DNA from: an uncultured virus (IMG/VR IMGVR_UViG_3300027861_000002)
Taxonomy: Duplodnaviria > Heunggongvirae > Uroviricota > Caudoviricetes > Schitoviridae
Length of the DNA stretch: 64,000 nucleotides
Direction: 5' to 3' (one strand)
Virus record (IMG/VR): IMGVR_UViG_3300027861_000002
Within the stretch, counting starts at the first letter, position 1. Each line of letters begins with the position of its first letter. Under the pieces are notes generated by a model. The model was given only the letters and a program-made list of their open reading frames with translations, made no database searches and was not told where the DNA came from. A program made the position numbers and the translations under genes. This document shows, piece after piece, positions 27,710 through 38,200 of this stretch.

Positions 27710-27976
27710 ATGGCTAGTGATAGATACTTTTTAGCATGTAAACAAGTAAACCTATGTTTATTCATGGGTAAATGTACAGGTGATCCAATCATATACAAAA
27801 CACCTACTGGTGAAAAGCTTCAAGAATTCTTTGACTTGGTAAATGACTTAGCTCCTAGAGTTGATTTAGATTTCTTCATATTAAGGGAAAATAAAGATGC
27901 ATACTCAATTATTTCATATAAGGATATACCCCATATTTGGAAGTACACAATAGAATTTGATTGGGAGGTAAAATGA
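27710..27976 (+). CDS. Hypothetical protein
   Basis: 88 aa, AGGAG RBS. Confidence 0.65.
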   Translation: MASDRYFLACKQVNLCLFMGKCTGDPIIYKTPTGEKLQEFFDLVNDLAPRVDLDFFILRENKDAYSIISYKDIPHIWKYTIEFDWEVK

Positions 27977-28028
27977 ATAATTATTTGAAGTAAAATATTT
28001 ATGATAAAGGAAATCAAGGAGACATTAA

Positions 28029-28292
28029 ATGGCTAGATTTAAAGGAACTGTACAAGGTAGTAGAGGTGAAGCTAGTAGACTAGGGCATAAAACCACAGGT
28101 CTTATAGCTACATTAAATGGTTGGGATGTTGGTATAGAGATACAAGCTTCAGTAAATAATGCTGACGAAGATGTCTTTCATATCTATAGAACAAGTGGAT
28201 CAAATAATAGTTCACGTAAAACATTACTTTGTGAGTTGAATACAAATGCTTCCAAATTAAATGATCTAATTTCAGGAGTACATTTTGAATAA
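28029..28292 (+). CDS. Conserved hypothetical phage protein
   Basis: MARFKGTVQGSRGEASRLG...GWDVGI; AGGAG RBS. Confidence 0.7.
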   Translation: MARFKGTVQGSRGEASRLGHKTTGLIATLNGWDVGIEIQASVNNADEDVFHIYRTSGSNNSSRKTLLCELNTNASKLNDLISGVHFE

Positions 28293-28545
28293 TTCACCTA
28301 TGAAAGCCATAAGAGCTTACTGCATGGAATGCAACTATGATCCATTAGATAAAGGTACTGCTGTTGCTCAAATTGAAAGTTGTACTATCAATAAATGTCC
28401 TCTATATGGATTCAGACCCTTAACTTCAGCAACCAAGAAAAAGCTAAAAGAGGAACGAATTCAGAACATGTCCCCTAAAGAATTAGCTAAATATAACAAG
28501 AGATCTGAACAAGCTAAAGAAAGATTCTCTAAATACCGAAAATAA
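28285..28545 (+). CDS. Small Cys4 (putative zinc-binding) protein
   Basis: KAIRAYCMEC...CTINKCPLYGFRP. Confidence 0.7.
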   Translation: MNNSPMKAIRAYCMECNYDPLDKGTAVAQIESCTINKCPLYGFRPLTSATKKKLKEERIQNMSPKELAKYNKRSEQAKERFSKYRK

Positions 28546-28619
28546 GCTCATTTTACTCGGTAAAATGCTTACTAATTCAGACTAAAACCAAAAAGCAATA
28601 CAATCACCTTGATCAAAGA

Positions 28620-28640
28620 GAAGCTCCGCTTCCTTCTGTG
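28620..28640 (+). promoter_or_regulatory. N4-type hairpin promoter (GAAGC-TCC-GCTTC)
   Basis: 5-bp stem with a 3-nt loop, essentially the hairpin I recall for the N4 P2 virion-RNAP promoter; intergenic. Confidence 0.65.
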
Positions 28641-28660
28641 ATTTCTATTAAGGAAAATAT

Positions 28661-29626
28661 ATGTATACAAACGAAGAAGGGATAGAATTACCATTAGCTG
28701 TATGGCTTGCAGCGGATGAATACGATCATAATTCTGATCCAAAAGCTATTAGTGCTACAACACTACTCAATCCAATCAAATCATTACTCTTACAGAACAG
28801 AATGAATGGTGCATTGGATTCAGAGGTAGATGTAGATATTTTAAGCCAAGTACCATCTAGAATGGGTACTGCTTTACATGACTCTATTGAAAGGGCTTGG
28901 ATTGATCCAGAACTAAGGGTAGCTAGCTTGAAGAAGTTAGGTTATCCAGAAGCAATGGTTAAACAAATACAAATTAATCCAACTAACCCTAAAGAAGGTA
29001 TTCCTATCTACATGGAACAGAGATGGTTTAAAGATCTCAAAGATTATGTCATTTCAGGTAAAGTTGATTTTGTAATGGAAGGTGTAGTACAGGATTTCAA
29101 ATCTACGGGTACTTACACTTGGTTAAATGTCAAAGATAAGACAGATGACTATATTAAACAAGGGTCAATCTATAGATGGTTAAGACCTGATATCATTACA
29201 GAAGACTATATGAAGATTCATTTCATATTTACTAACTGGTCTAAATTGGAAGCAACTAAGAGTAAGGACTACCCTCAGAGTAGGCTCAGAACTATTAAAT
29301 TAAATTTGATGAGTATTCCTGAAACAGAAGCTTTTATCCAATCTATACTTAATAAGCTTGATACCTTGAAAGATGCTACTCAAGAACATATGCCTAGGTG
29401 TACTGACAAGGAACTGTGGAGAAGTAAATTTGTATGGAAGTACTACAAAGATCCAAATAAGAGAACTAGATCAACTAAAAACTTTGATAATGAATCTGAT
29501 GCCTACATGAGATATGTGAATGAAGGTAGCAAAGGTATTGTTGTTAGAACAGGGGGAGATGTAAAAAGATGTAACTATTGTGATGCTCGCAATATGTGTG
29601 ACCAAGCCAAAGAATATATAAAATAA
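28661..29626 (+). CDS. PD-(D/E)XK / Cas4-like exonuclease (N4 gp42-like)
   Basis: ISATTLL, GTALHDSIE, SGKVDF..QDFKST, C-terminal CNYC..MC. Confidence 0.85.
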   Translation: MYTNEEGIELPLAVWLAADEYDHNSDPKAISATTLLNPIKSLLLQNRMNGALDSEVDVDILSQVPSRMGTALHDSIERAWIDPELRVASLKKLGYPEAMVKQIQINPTNPKEGIPIYMEQRWFKDLKDYVISGKVDFVMEGVVQDFKSTGTYTWLNVKDKTDDYIKQGSIYRWLRPDIITEDYMKIHFIFTNWSKLEATKSKDYPQSRLRTIKLNLMSIPETEAFIQSILNKLDTLKDATQEHMPRCTDKELWRSKFVWKYYKDPNKRTRSTKNFDNESDAYMRYVNEGSKGIVVRTGGDVKRCNYCDARNMCDQAKEYIK

Positions 29627-29639
29627 CAGGAGAATAATA

Positions 29640-29993
29640 ATGCTAAACACAATTGGCAAACTAGCTATCGCTAGTATAGTCCCAAAACTAGTAACTACTA
29701 TCTATGCTGAAGCAGTAAAGCTAATCACACCAGATAAAGAGGAAGAAGTAGTAAAATCAAAACATAGAGTTAAAGGTAAATTACGTAAGATAAGGGACTG
29801 TCATAGACTCACTACAGAAGAAAGAGCTTGGATAGGTGAAATATTCAGACAATGGTCTATGGATCATAAAGAAGTTGATATGGGTGTTATCTGTCACAGC
29901 AGAGAAGAGCTAGGTAGATTCTTTAATCAGAAGTTAAACATAAACAAAAGTAGAAGCTTTTGGTATAACTTATTTATTGAACTTTCTAAGTAG
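29640..29993 (+). CDS. Hypothetical protein
   Basis: 117 aa, AGGAG RBS. Confidence 0.7.
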   Translation: MLNTIGKLAIASIVPKLVTTIYAEAVKLITPDKEEEVVKSKHRVKGKLRKIRDCHRLTTEERAWIGEIFRQWSMDHKEVDMGVICHSREELGRFFNQKLNINKSRSFWYNLFIELSK

Positions 29994-30001
29994 GATATAG
30001 C

Positions 30002-32149
30002 ATGAGAGATTTAGACTCGATAGAACATTTTGATACCTTAGAGGAAATAACCCAAATATTGATGGCTAAGACTCAAAATGATAATCCTCTGTTCTTTAGA
30101 ATATTGACCGCTTATTACTTCTCCAAGATAGCAAGTATGATGAGAACCAATATTAAAACACATGATAGAGGTACAATACCTGTAAGCCTATATGCCATAA
30201 ACTTAAGTGTTTCTGGTACAGGTAAGGGACATAGTACTAATATCATGGAAGAGCAAGTTATCCATAAATTTAAAAAGAATTTCTTAAATAATACTTTTGA
30301 GGAAGTAGCTAAGAAGAACCTAGCTAAACTAGCTAATTTTAGAGCTACTAAATATGCTGATGATCCAGATGAGACTTTAGAACGGGTAGAGAAAGAATTC
30401 GATCTACTTGGGCCACTATTATTTTCATTTGATTCAGGTACTACTCCAGCAGTTAAACAGATGAGGCATAAATTACTTATGGCTAATGCTGGATCAATGA
30501 ATTTTGAATGTGATGAGATTGGTAATAATATAGCTAGTATTAATGAATTACTAACTACCTTCCTTGAATTATATGATGTAGGTAAAGTTAAACAAAAGCT
30601 AATTAAGAATACAACTGAAAACAGACGTAATGAGGAAATTGAAGGCAAGACACCTACTAATATGCTTCTATTTGGTACACCTAACAAGGTATTAAATGGA
30701 TCCAAAGAGGAAGAAACTTTCATTTCAATGTTAGATACTGGATATGCTAGAAGATGTTTATTTGGATTACAGACTAAGTCTAATGGATTCAAAGATATGT
30801 CTGCTTCAGATCTATATGACATTATGACTGATACTTCATCAGTTGATTACCTAGATGCAATATCAAATCACTTTGGTAACCTTGCAGATATACTCAATTT
30901 CAATATAACACTAACCATGACAAAAGATGTTAGCTTACATATTATTGAATATAAAACCCATTGTACCAAAATAGCTTATGATCTAGGAGATCATGAAGAC
31001 ATCCTTAGAACAGAGATTGAACACAGGTATTACAAAGCACTAAAACTTGCAGGAGCATTTGCTTTCATAAATGGTGATCATGAAATAACTGAAGACATCC
31101 TCTATTCAGCAATCAAGTTAGTTGAAGAATCTGGTAAAGCATTTGAAAGTATTCTTTCCAGAGACAGAAACTATGTCAAATTAGCCAAGTACATAGGAGG
31201 AAACAAGGGAGAACTTACCCAAGTTGATCTAACTGAAGACTTACCTTTTTATAAGGGAGGAGAAGCTCAGAAGAGAGACTTAATGAACCTTGCAGTAGCA
31301 TGGGGTTACAAGAACAATGTAGTCATTCGTAGGGCATTCAGAGATGGAATAGAAATGCTCCAAGGAGATTGCTTAGAAGAAACTAATATAGATAAAGTTA
31401 TAATATCTTATAGTCAGGAATTAGCTGCAGGATATCAACCTGATGTAGCACCATTCAAGGACTTACATAAATTAACAACTTTATCTGGTTACCACTATAC
31501 GGCACACCACTTCATAGATAATTACAGATCCAGTATTAAAGCAATTCCAGGATTCAATCTATTAATCTTAGATGTGGATTCAGGTATTTCTATGGATACA
31601 GCTAAAGATCTTTTATCTGAATATATGGCTCTATTTGCCACAACTAAAAGACATACACCTGATAACCATAGATTTAGAATTATTATGCCTTTATCTCATA
31701 CTCTCAAACTAGTACCAGAAAACTACTCTAAATTCATGATGAATGTATTCAACTGGTTACCATTTGAAGTAGATGAAGCAACTAAAGACATAAGTCGTAA
31801 ATGGATGGCATATTCAGGTACATACGATTATCAGGATGGGAAACTGCTTAATGCATTAACCTTTATACCTGAGACAAGTAAAGAAGAGGAATATAAGAAG
31901 CTTATCTCTGATACCAGTAATTTAAATAACCTAGAGAGATGGTTCTATACAAATACTGATAACGGGAATAGAAGTAACCAAATGATTAAATATGCATATG
32001 CATTAGTAGACAAAGGTCTAGCACTCGAAGATATCAAGAATGCTCTATATTCGTTTAATCATAAAATCAAAGATGGTCTTACTGAAACTGAGATCAATTC
32101 AACAATTTTAATATCAACAGCTAAATCAATAGCAAAGAGAGATGCATGA
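30002..32149 (+). CDS. N4 gp43-like DNA primase (P-loop domain plus AEP/PriCT-like C-terminus)
   Basis: SGTGKG, CDEIG, LILDVDSG, TTKRHT...RFRIIMPL, GNRSN; N4 gene order. Confidence 0.88.
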   Translation: MRDLDSIEHFDTLEEITQILMAKTQNDNPLFFRILTAYYFSKIASMMRTNIKTHDRGTIPVSLYAINLSVSGTGKGHSTNIMEEQVIHKFKKNFLNNTFEEVAKKNLAKLANFRATKYADDPDETLERVEKEFDLLGPLLFSFDSGTTPAVKQMRHKLLMANAGSMNFECDEIGNNIASINELLTTFLELYDVGKVKQKLIKNTTENRRNEEIEGKTPTNMLLFGTPNKVLNGSKEEETFISMLDTGYARRCLFGLQTKSNGFKDMSASDLYDIMTDTSSVDYLDAISNHFGNLADILNFNITLTMTKDVSLHIIEYKTHCTKIAYDLGDHEDILRTEIEHRYYKALKLAGAFAFINGDHEITEDILYSAIKLVEESGKAFESILSRDRNYVKLAKYIGGNKGELTQVDLTEDLPFYKGGEAQKRDLMNLAVAWGYKNNVVIRRAFRDGIEMLQGDCLEETNIDKVIISYSQELAAGYQPDVAPFKDLHKLTTLSGYHYTAHHFIDNYRSSIKAIPGFNLLILDVDSGISMDTAKDLLSEYMALFATTKRHTPDNHRFRIIMPLSHTLKLVPENYSKFMMNVFNWLPFEVDEATKDISRKWMAYSGTYDYQDGKLLNALTFIPETSKEEEYKKLISDTSNLNNLERWFYTNTDNGNRSNQMIKYAYALVDKGLALEDIKNALYSFNHKIKDGLTETEINSTILISTAKSIAKRDA

Positions 32150-33660
32150 ATAATAATTTATTACTAATAGCAGGTAAGTCTGCTACAGGCAAGTCTGCCT
32201 CACTCATGAACTTAGAGAATCCAGAAGGAGTAATGTACTTAGGTTGTGAGAACAACAAATCCTTACCCTTCCCAAGTAAATTTCAAGAGTTTAACATTAC
32301 TGATCCATTACAAGTATACGAAGCATTTGAGGTTGCAGAAACCAAAGATAATATCCATACAATAGTAATTGATACCCTTACTTACTTAATGGATATGTAT
32401 GAATCCATGCATGTACTTACTTCAAGCAATACGATGAAAGCCTTAAGTGTAAGGGCAGTTCACTAGAAATGGTGTTCTAAAGAAACCAATTGAATTCAGG
32501 GAAACTCTAAGGGAGAAATCCTAAGACAATCCTGAGCGAAGATTGACAATACCCCAGCTATATAATACAATATTGTATTTTAAGTTTAGGGGAATATGAT
32601 GAATAAGAAAAGATATGGTAATGAATTACATCCTTTATACACACGCTGGTTAAGTATGAACCAACGCTGTAATAATCCTAATCATAAGCAGTATAGAGAT
32701 TGGGGTGGTAGAGGAATTTGTATTTCAAACGAGTTAAAAAAATTTAATGATTATGTAAGTATAGTTGAAAATTTACCTAATTATTCTCTTGATAATTCAT
32801 TAGACAGAATTGATAACAACAAAGATTATTCAAAAGATAATTTACGTTGGACTAGTAGTAATACACAAGTAGCAAATCAAAGACCTAATTCCAGAGGTTT
32901 TAACAAATATACTGGAGTAGGTTGGAGTAAAGCCCATAATAGATGGGTTGCTAGAGTATCTTATAAAGGTAAAGTTTTACTCAGTAAAGTAACCTTAACT
33001 GAAGAAGAAGCTTTAACTGCTAGGAATCAATTTATCATTGATAATGATTTACCTCATCCTATCCAAACATATTGTCAATAACGTGCAACGACTATCCTGA
33101 GAAGGAGTACACTCAAGTGAGTGGAAGCGGTTGGTACCTAAACAAGTAGAGTTGTAGGTAAAGATATAGTCTAGCCTTATATGAAAATATAAGAAGTTCA
33201 TAAGAGAACTGATATGGTTTAACGAACCATATTGAATATAAGCGGGGGCGGCTATGCTCAATTCTTTAAGAAGTTAATGCAAACCTATGTAGCTAACTCT
33301 ACCAAGAACATTATATTCCTAGCCCATACATTAGATGTGATGAATGAAGCAGAGATGATCTCTGAAACCTTAGTTAAGGTTAAAGGTTCATTGATGAATA
33401 ATGGTATTGAGAGTGCATTCTGTACTGTTATTGGATCCAAGAAAGTAGCTATCAAGAAATTGAAAGATACTAATTCAATGCTAAACATAACTGAGGAGGA
33501 AGAGCTACTGGGGTACAAACATGTATTTCAAACTAAACTAACGAAAGAAACAGTTAATGAAAGACTCCGAAGTCCTATAGGAATGTGGACTAAAGACGAA
33601 ACATTTATCAACAATGACGTTCAATTAGTTTTGAACCGACTACATACATTTTATAATTAA
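32146..33660 (+). CDS. Sak4-like AAA ATPase (N4 gp44-like), spliced: exon 1 32146-32443, exon 2 33245-33660, 237 aa
   Basis: GKSATGKS and VIDTLT in exon 1; splicing restores NTMKA-W-GGYAQFF; exon 2 has IIFLAH and RSPIGMW. Confidence 0.9.
32444..33244 (+). mobile_element. Group I intron (IA2-like, 801 nt)
   Basis: P1 GCCT/GGGC with U-G at the 5' splice site; P AATTCAGGGAA (32493); Q AATCCTGAGC (32528); R GCAACGACTA (33085); S AAGATATAGTCT (33161); terminal G at 33244; reading frame restored. Confidence 0.92.
32596..33081 (+). CDS. Intron-encoded HNH homing endonuclease with AP2 DNA-binding domain
   Basis: HPLYTRWLSMNQRC, WGGRGI, SLDRIDNNKDYSKDNLRW...QVANQ; AP2-like YTGVGW...WVARV...EEALTARN. 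Confidence 0.9.
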   Translation: MMNKKRYGNELHPLYTRWLSMNQRCNNPNHKQYRDWGGRGICISNELKKFNDYVSIVENLPNYSLDNSLDRIDNNKDYSKDNLRWTSSNTQVANQRPNSRGFNKYTGVGWSKAHNRWVARVSYKGKVLLSKVTLTEEEALTARNQFIIDNDLPHPIQTYCQ

Positions 33661-33672
33661 GAGGAAATATTT

Positions 33673-34392
33673 ATGTCACTATTTGACAACTTGAAAACTG
33701 ATAAATCAATTGAAGCAGAAAAAGATACACTAGGTGGAGGAGGAGTTCTACCAACAGATGCCTATGACATGGTAATAGATATGGCTTATGTCCATATGTC
33801 CAAAGGTGGAGCTATGGCTATTGTTCTTGCTACTAAGAGCCAAGAAGGTAGAAACCTTAAACAAACTATCTATGTAAGCTCAGGTAATGCTAAAGGTAAC
33901 AAAAACTATTACATGGATAAGCAAGGAACCAAGAAGTATCTACCAGGTTTCAATATCATGAATGGTATTGTTCAATTAACCTTAGATAAAGACTTAGGTG
34001 ATATTGAACCTGAAGAACGTACTATCAGTATCTATGACTTTGATGCTAAGAAAGAGAAACCAACTAAGGCTCAAGTATTAACTGAGCTCATTGGTCAGAG
34101 AATCATTTTAGGTGTACAGGAACAGAAGGTAGACAAGAACATTAAGGATGGCAATGACAACTATGTTCCTAGTGGTGAAACTCGTATGGAAAATGAAATT
34201 GTTAAAGTATTCCAAGCGGATACTGATCTAACAGTCGCAGAGGCTAAAGCTGGAGAAACTGAGGGCAAATTCAAAGACAAATGGGTAGAGAAGAACCAAG
34301 GTAAGGTTCGAGATAAGTCTACCAAAGATGCAAGTAAAACTGCAGGTGGAACTACTAACGATTCTAAGCCAGCTGCTTCAATATTCGGCTAA
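33673..34392 (+). CDS. Phage single-stranded DNA-binding protein (N4 gp45-like)
   Basis: EKDTLGGG, SKGGAM, KYLPGF, C-terminal SIFG; N4 gene order. Confidence 0.85.
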   Translation: MSLFDNLKTDKSIEAEKDTLGGGGVLPTDAYDMVIDMAYVHMSKGGAMAIVLATKSQEGRNLKQTIYVSSGNAKGNKNYYMDKQGTKKYLPGFNIMNGIVQLTLDKDLGDIEPEERTISIYDFDAKKEKPTKAQVLTELIGQRIILGVQEQKVDKNIKDGNDNYVPSGETRMENEIVKVFQADTDLTVAEAKAGETEGKFKDKWVEKNQGKVRDKSTKDASKTAGGTTNDSKPAASIFG

Positions 34393-34468
34393 TCTATTGC
34401 TGAAGTCTAGAAGTCGCCTTATAGCGTAAATATGGGGCTTCTAGATATACATTTGAAGTAATTGGAGG

Positions 34469-34861
34469 ATGACATTGGTATATACGATCATAGCACCATT
34501 AAGAGTACGAAGATCAAAGAAGAAATGGTTTGTTTTAAACCTAAACCAATATAGGAATACTCACTTTCAAGTTTTGAATAAAGCTAAAAGAGAGTACAAA
34601 GCAATCTTAACTGATCAAATTAAGAAATTACCTATATTTAAGAAAATCAAACTTACATACACACTGTTCCCTAAAACTAGAAGAAAGACTGATATTGGTA
34701 ATGTATTATCCATACATCAGAAATTTGCTGAGGATAGTTTTGTTGAGAATGGTCGTATTGAAGATGATGATTACTTACATATACCTATGACTATATTTGA
34801 GATAGGGGAAGTTGATCCAATTAACCCTAGAGTAGAAATAACTATTGAGGAAATTAAATGA
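34469..34861 (+). CDS. RusA-like Holliday junction resolvase
   Basis: LNLNQYRN, RKTDIGN..KFAED..IEDDD, NPRVEITI. Confidence 0.8.
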   Translation: MTLVYTIIAPLRVRRSKKKWFVLNLNQYRNTHFQVLNKAKREYKAILTDQIKKLPIFKKIKLTYTLFPKTRRKTDIGNVLSIHQKFAEDSFVENGRIEDDDYLHIPMTIFEIGEVDPINPRVEITIEEIK

Positions 34862-35121
34862 ATATAAATTTAGACGCAGAAGACATCAAAGAAGCATTAA
34901 CCAACTATGTATCAGTCCTTGGATTTGATATGTCCAATAAGCAAGTAACTGTGAATATGGTTGCAGGTAGACAAGGGAATGGATATAGAGCTGAATTAGA
35001 GATTGTTAAAGGAAACTCTAACAATGAGACTCTGAAAGTAATAAGTCCCCCTGAAGAGCCTGAAATTAGCTCTGAAGAGGAATCTGAAGAGGATGCTCAA
35101 CCTAATAGATTGTTCGGATGA
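34858..35121 (+). CDS. Hypothetical protein with acidic C-terminus
   Basis: 87 aa, typical position after SSB in N4-like phages. Confidence 0.7.
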   Translation: MNINLDAEDIKEALTNYVSVLGFDMSNKQVTVNMVAGRQGNGYRAELEIVKGNSNNETLKVISPPEEPEISSEEESEEDAQPNRLFG

Positions 35122-35279
35122 TTGAAAAGATTAAACATGGAGTAATTGCTGTAATCCTAGCACCATTAATAATAGGTGCTTGGATGATTATCCCATTAAT
35201 CTTGACAATCTTACCTGTAATATTCCTGACTTTAGTCATATATTTTATATTACAGGAAGAATATTCCAAATCTAAGTAA
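35118..35279 (+). CDS. 53-aa hydrophobic membrane protein
   Basis: Manual translation MIEKIKHGVIAVILAPLIIGAWMIIPLILTILPVIFLTLVIYFILQEEYSKSK; ATGA overlap with the previous gene. Confidence 0.55.
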   Translation: MIEKIKHGVIAVILAPLIIGAWMIIPLILTILPVIFLTLVIYFILQEEYSKSK

Positions 35280-38200
35280 GAACTTGGACGACTGCTGGTA
35301 CAGCAGCAGTCTCCCCTAAACCAAATGGATTCTGAAAAGGTGCAGTTGGTTCTGTAACAATGTTTGAATCGAATGGAGTAGATATATCTAATCCAAGCAT
35401 AGCTTCAAGCATATGTAATAGGAATACTGATGCACTCTTCTCAGTTGTCATCCTAGCTAATACTTTAAATATTCTAAGAGGATATCGAGTAAATGGTGCT
35501 AGACCCATATCATTAGCATATTGAATATACTTATGTGTTGGTAAAGCGTAGTTAATGAAATCTTCTCTTAAATGGCTAACTACTTGATTAGCAGGTTGCT
35601 TTTGGTTCTTAACCAGATGCTCGTATATAGCAAATCTAGCAATGAAATCACTATATTGAGTAAGCTTTAATGCGAGTTTAAACGTACTTGTATTGGCTCC
35701 CATATACAATTGATTAGTAGCTTCTTTACCTAATTGAGGTAATTTATTTAATACAGGATCAGCCCATCTGATAAATTTACTCTTATTTGAGTGGAAGTCC
35801 TCAGTAGTATCAATATCTTCAACAATAGTTGGAAACAGTCCTTTATCAATTAGAGGTTTAATTGGATTAAGCCGCTGTAACTCTTTGTTTGAAACAATTC
35901 TTGCTTCAATATCTTTACGTTGTATAGTAGTAATTCCAGCTAACTGTAATTTTTTAGCATCAGATACTAACTGCCTTTCAATATTTAACCATCTATCTAA
36001 ATGACGTATACCTTCTATTTGAAGTTTAGCCATAATTTCAGGAGGGACACCATTAATTATACCAACAATAGTATTACTGAATATATTATTCATAATCACT
36101 TGAGGTAGCCTTACAACAATAGTTGTCTTAGCAAATTTTACTATTTCTTGCCAAATAGTTTCAGCTTTTTTAAGCATGGATTGTATTTTATTCCTTGGTT
36201 TATCAACTACACTAAACTTCCTATATGCAAAGAAAATATCAACCCAAGCATCTCTGACAACAATACCACCATCACCAAACACACTAGTAGCATACCTACG
36301 CATATCTTCAGGCATTAATCTATATATCTCAGCTAATTCTGGGTCAGTAGAATCTTTGTTTATGGTTACATAGCTCTGAGGTAGTTTTAAATAATTCTTA
36401 TCAAAGTCTGCTTTAAGAATATCAATAGTTTCTCTATTAAAACCTTTAGTATTAGCCTTGTCTTCCATATGAGAATACATATGCCCTAGCACATTAAATG
36501 CTCTATCATCTCTTTTGAATAATCTTTTCTCTACAGAATTAGATATAGTATTCCTATAATCTGAGATATGACCTTTATCATCAATAGTAGGGACCATAAT
36601 ATTATCTTGTATAGTGGTATTACTATTAAGAGTACGTTTCATCTCACGGATAGTCTTCATCTTAGTTTTGTTGAAGTCATTAATATTTTTTAAGAAAGTA
36701 GCTACATCATTTGCATTACCTTCTTGTAACATGGATTGACCCATACTAACTTCACTAGTTAAAGAAGTGATAGTTTTAACCCTAGTGTTTAAAGCATAGT
36801 CTTTATTAACCATAAGAACCTTAGGTTTAGAGTTAACTCTAATCTTATTCTCTGGAAGAGAAGATTCTATAACATAACCTTCTTTTAATAATTGCTCTAC
36901 ATCTACTTCATCAACTACTCTAGTATCAACAAATGGGTCATTTAATTTGGCAGCATAACCCTTGTGTGTATGCGCTATTTTGTTATCAAAGTTTTTAGTT
37001 AAAGATTCTTTCTTGAAAGCATTATGCATATCAACTAAGAAAGTAAACCCATTCTGCTTAGGATTAATAGCAACCTCACTATCAATTAAATCAACTACCT
37101 GTTTATTAACAGTTGGATTCGTTAATTGTATACCATACAAGCTTGTTAATTTATTAATTAATTCAATTGCTAGATCCATATTCTTAGGAGCAGTAATTCC
37201 TAATTGAGGAATTGTATGAGGTAATATAGCAATTGATGTTGGATTCAACATAGTGTTGTACCAATTTGCTTTACCAAAAACATTCAAATGAGCCAAAGAA
37301 TTACTCTGTTTTCTGTACAAGTTATACAGGTCTTTAGAACCTAACTTACGTAATTGAATAAGGGTATCCTTGATCTCATCTCCAACTTTACTTGGATCAT
37401 CAATCAAATCTCTTAAGTCTTTAAGATTATAATGTTTACGGAATAAAGCAGAAGCATCATTCCTTATAAGTCCCTGTGTTAAAGCTTCCCAAGTATTATC
37501 TGAAACATTTTCTGTTAACATACTATCTTTGAGATCATTACTTACAACATGACGAACAGTATCTCTAGTTTTATCTATAACACTCATAGATCTAGCAAGA
37601 TGTTCAACAATAGGTATCTCTTCTTTATCACCAAAACCAATAACTTCCTTAATTGTAGCCGCTAGGAATTTACGTCTAGATACACCCATCTTAGCTGCCA
37701 TATTATTAAAAGCGTTTAAATAAGCAGAAGTAGTTATTGGATTAACAACACCAGCAACTAATGAAGCTGTATTTACATACTTATTTTTATGCACTTTAAG
37801 GCTAAAATTAGCTAAAGGTTCACCTATCAACTTAGTAGCAACTTTACTAATAACCTTATTACCAGCATTCAAACCATTAATAAGAAACTGAGTAGACATA
37901 TGAGTCTTTTGTATCTTATTTAAATCTTTAACCAAATTCAGTAATACTACATCACCTGTATGGCCCCTATTAAATCTAAGTAATAAAGCATTTACAGCAA
38001 TATTAAAATAATGTTGTAAGGTAGCTGCAAAAGATTGTTTCTTACTATCTTTAAGTAAATTAGGTCTGAAAGAAGCTAAATGTTTAATCAAGTGTTTATT
38101 AGTTAATCCATAAGCAACAAATTCATGTAAACTAATTGGCACTTGTTCAGTTTTAATTGTACCTGTATTAAGATCCATTAATTGAATTGCTTGTGTTTTC

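Noticed and set aside
30115..30822. 235-aa - strand ORF
   Set aside because: Antisense shadow of the primase; no RBS or recognisable motifs.
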